From an uncultured Pelagibacteraceae bacterium (GTDB lineage Bacteria; Pseudomonadota; Alphaproteobacteria; Pelagibacterales; AG-422-B15), in assembly GCA_902590345.1 (NCBI GenBank), contig CACIWK010000003.1, forward strand, positions 13,232 through 77,231: 64,000 nt of DNA, given 5' to 3'. The translations under genes were made by a program, and so were the position numbers. Each line of letters opens with the position of its first letter. The stretch's first letter is position 1. Of the stretch, positions 63,965 to 64,000 are shown piece by piece. The notes under the pieces are model-generated. The model did no database searches. It was given only the letters and a program-made list of their open reading frames with translations, and was not told the DNA's origin.

Positions 63965-64000
63965 TTTTTTCCTAAGTTGCGTTCTAAGTTTACGATCTTT

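Overview
This is a very AT-rich, extremely gene-dense window (about 75 CDS, 5 tRNA-related loci, spacers often 0-30 bp, many overlapping stops and starts). The gene content and synteny look alphaproteobacterial: ccrM; mutY-DUF721-dsbA-smc; atpI-B-E-F'-F; petABC; coxB-coxA-ctaB-ctaG-coxC-SURF1; DUF1285-Nudix-cca. Taken with the compaction, this suggests a streamlined marine alphaproteobacterium of the SAR11/Pelagibacterales type, which is an inference and not proven here. Most of the window is core housekeeping: translation, respiration (bc1, aa3 oxidase, F0 ATP synthase, ETF-QO), NAD, isoprenoid, threonine and purine salvage, and DNA repair. I saw no rRNA, CRISPR array, IS element or obvious defence system. 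The accessory-looking part lies at about 38.5-47.6 kb. It holds a four-gene operon (gamma-CA-like, GMC oxidoreductase, membrane-anchored S45/Ntn penicillin-acylase-family amidase, acyl-CoA ligase). Next to it is a 1.2-kb decayed integrative island at tRNA-Met, bounded by a perfect 45-bp repeat of the tRNA 3' half. The island carries only an integrase N-terminal stump and an orphan ArsI/CadI-type (C-As lyase-like) gene. Other points worth a second look:
- an 863-aa SMC with canonical heads but no recognisable hinge domain
- three GANTC methylation sites packed into the putative ccrM core promoter
- an unannotated 34-codon membrane ORF translationally coupled between ctaB and ctaG
- an alpha2-type GlyRS
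- phage-AMG-like genes squeezed around tRNA-Arg

All functional calls come from motif recognition by eye. No searches were run.
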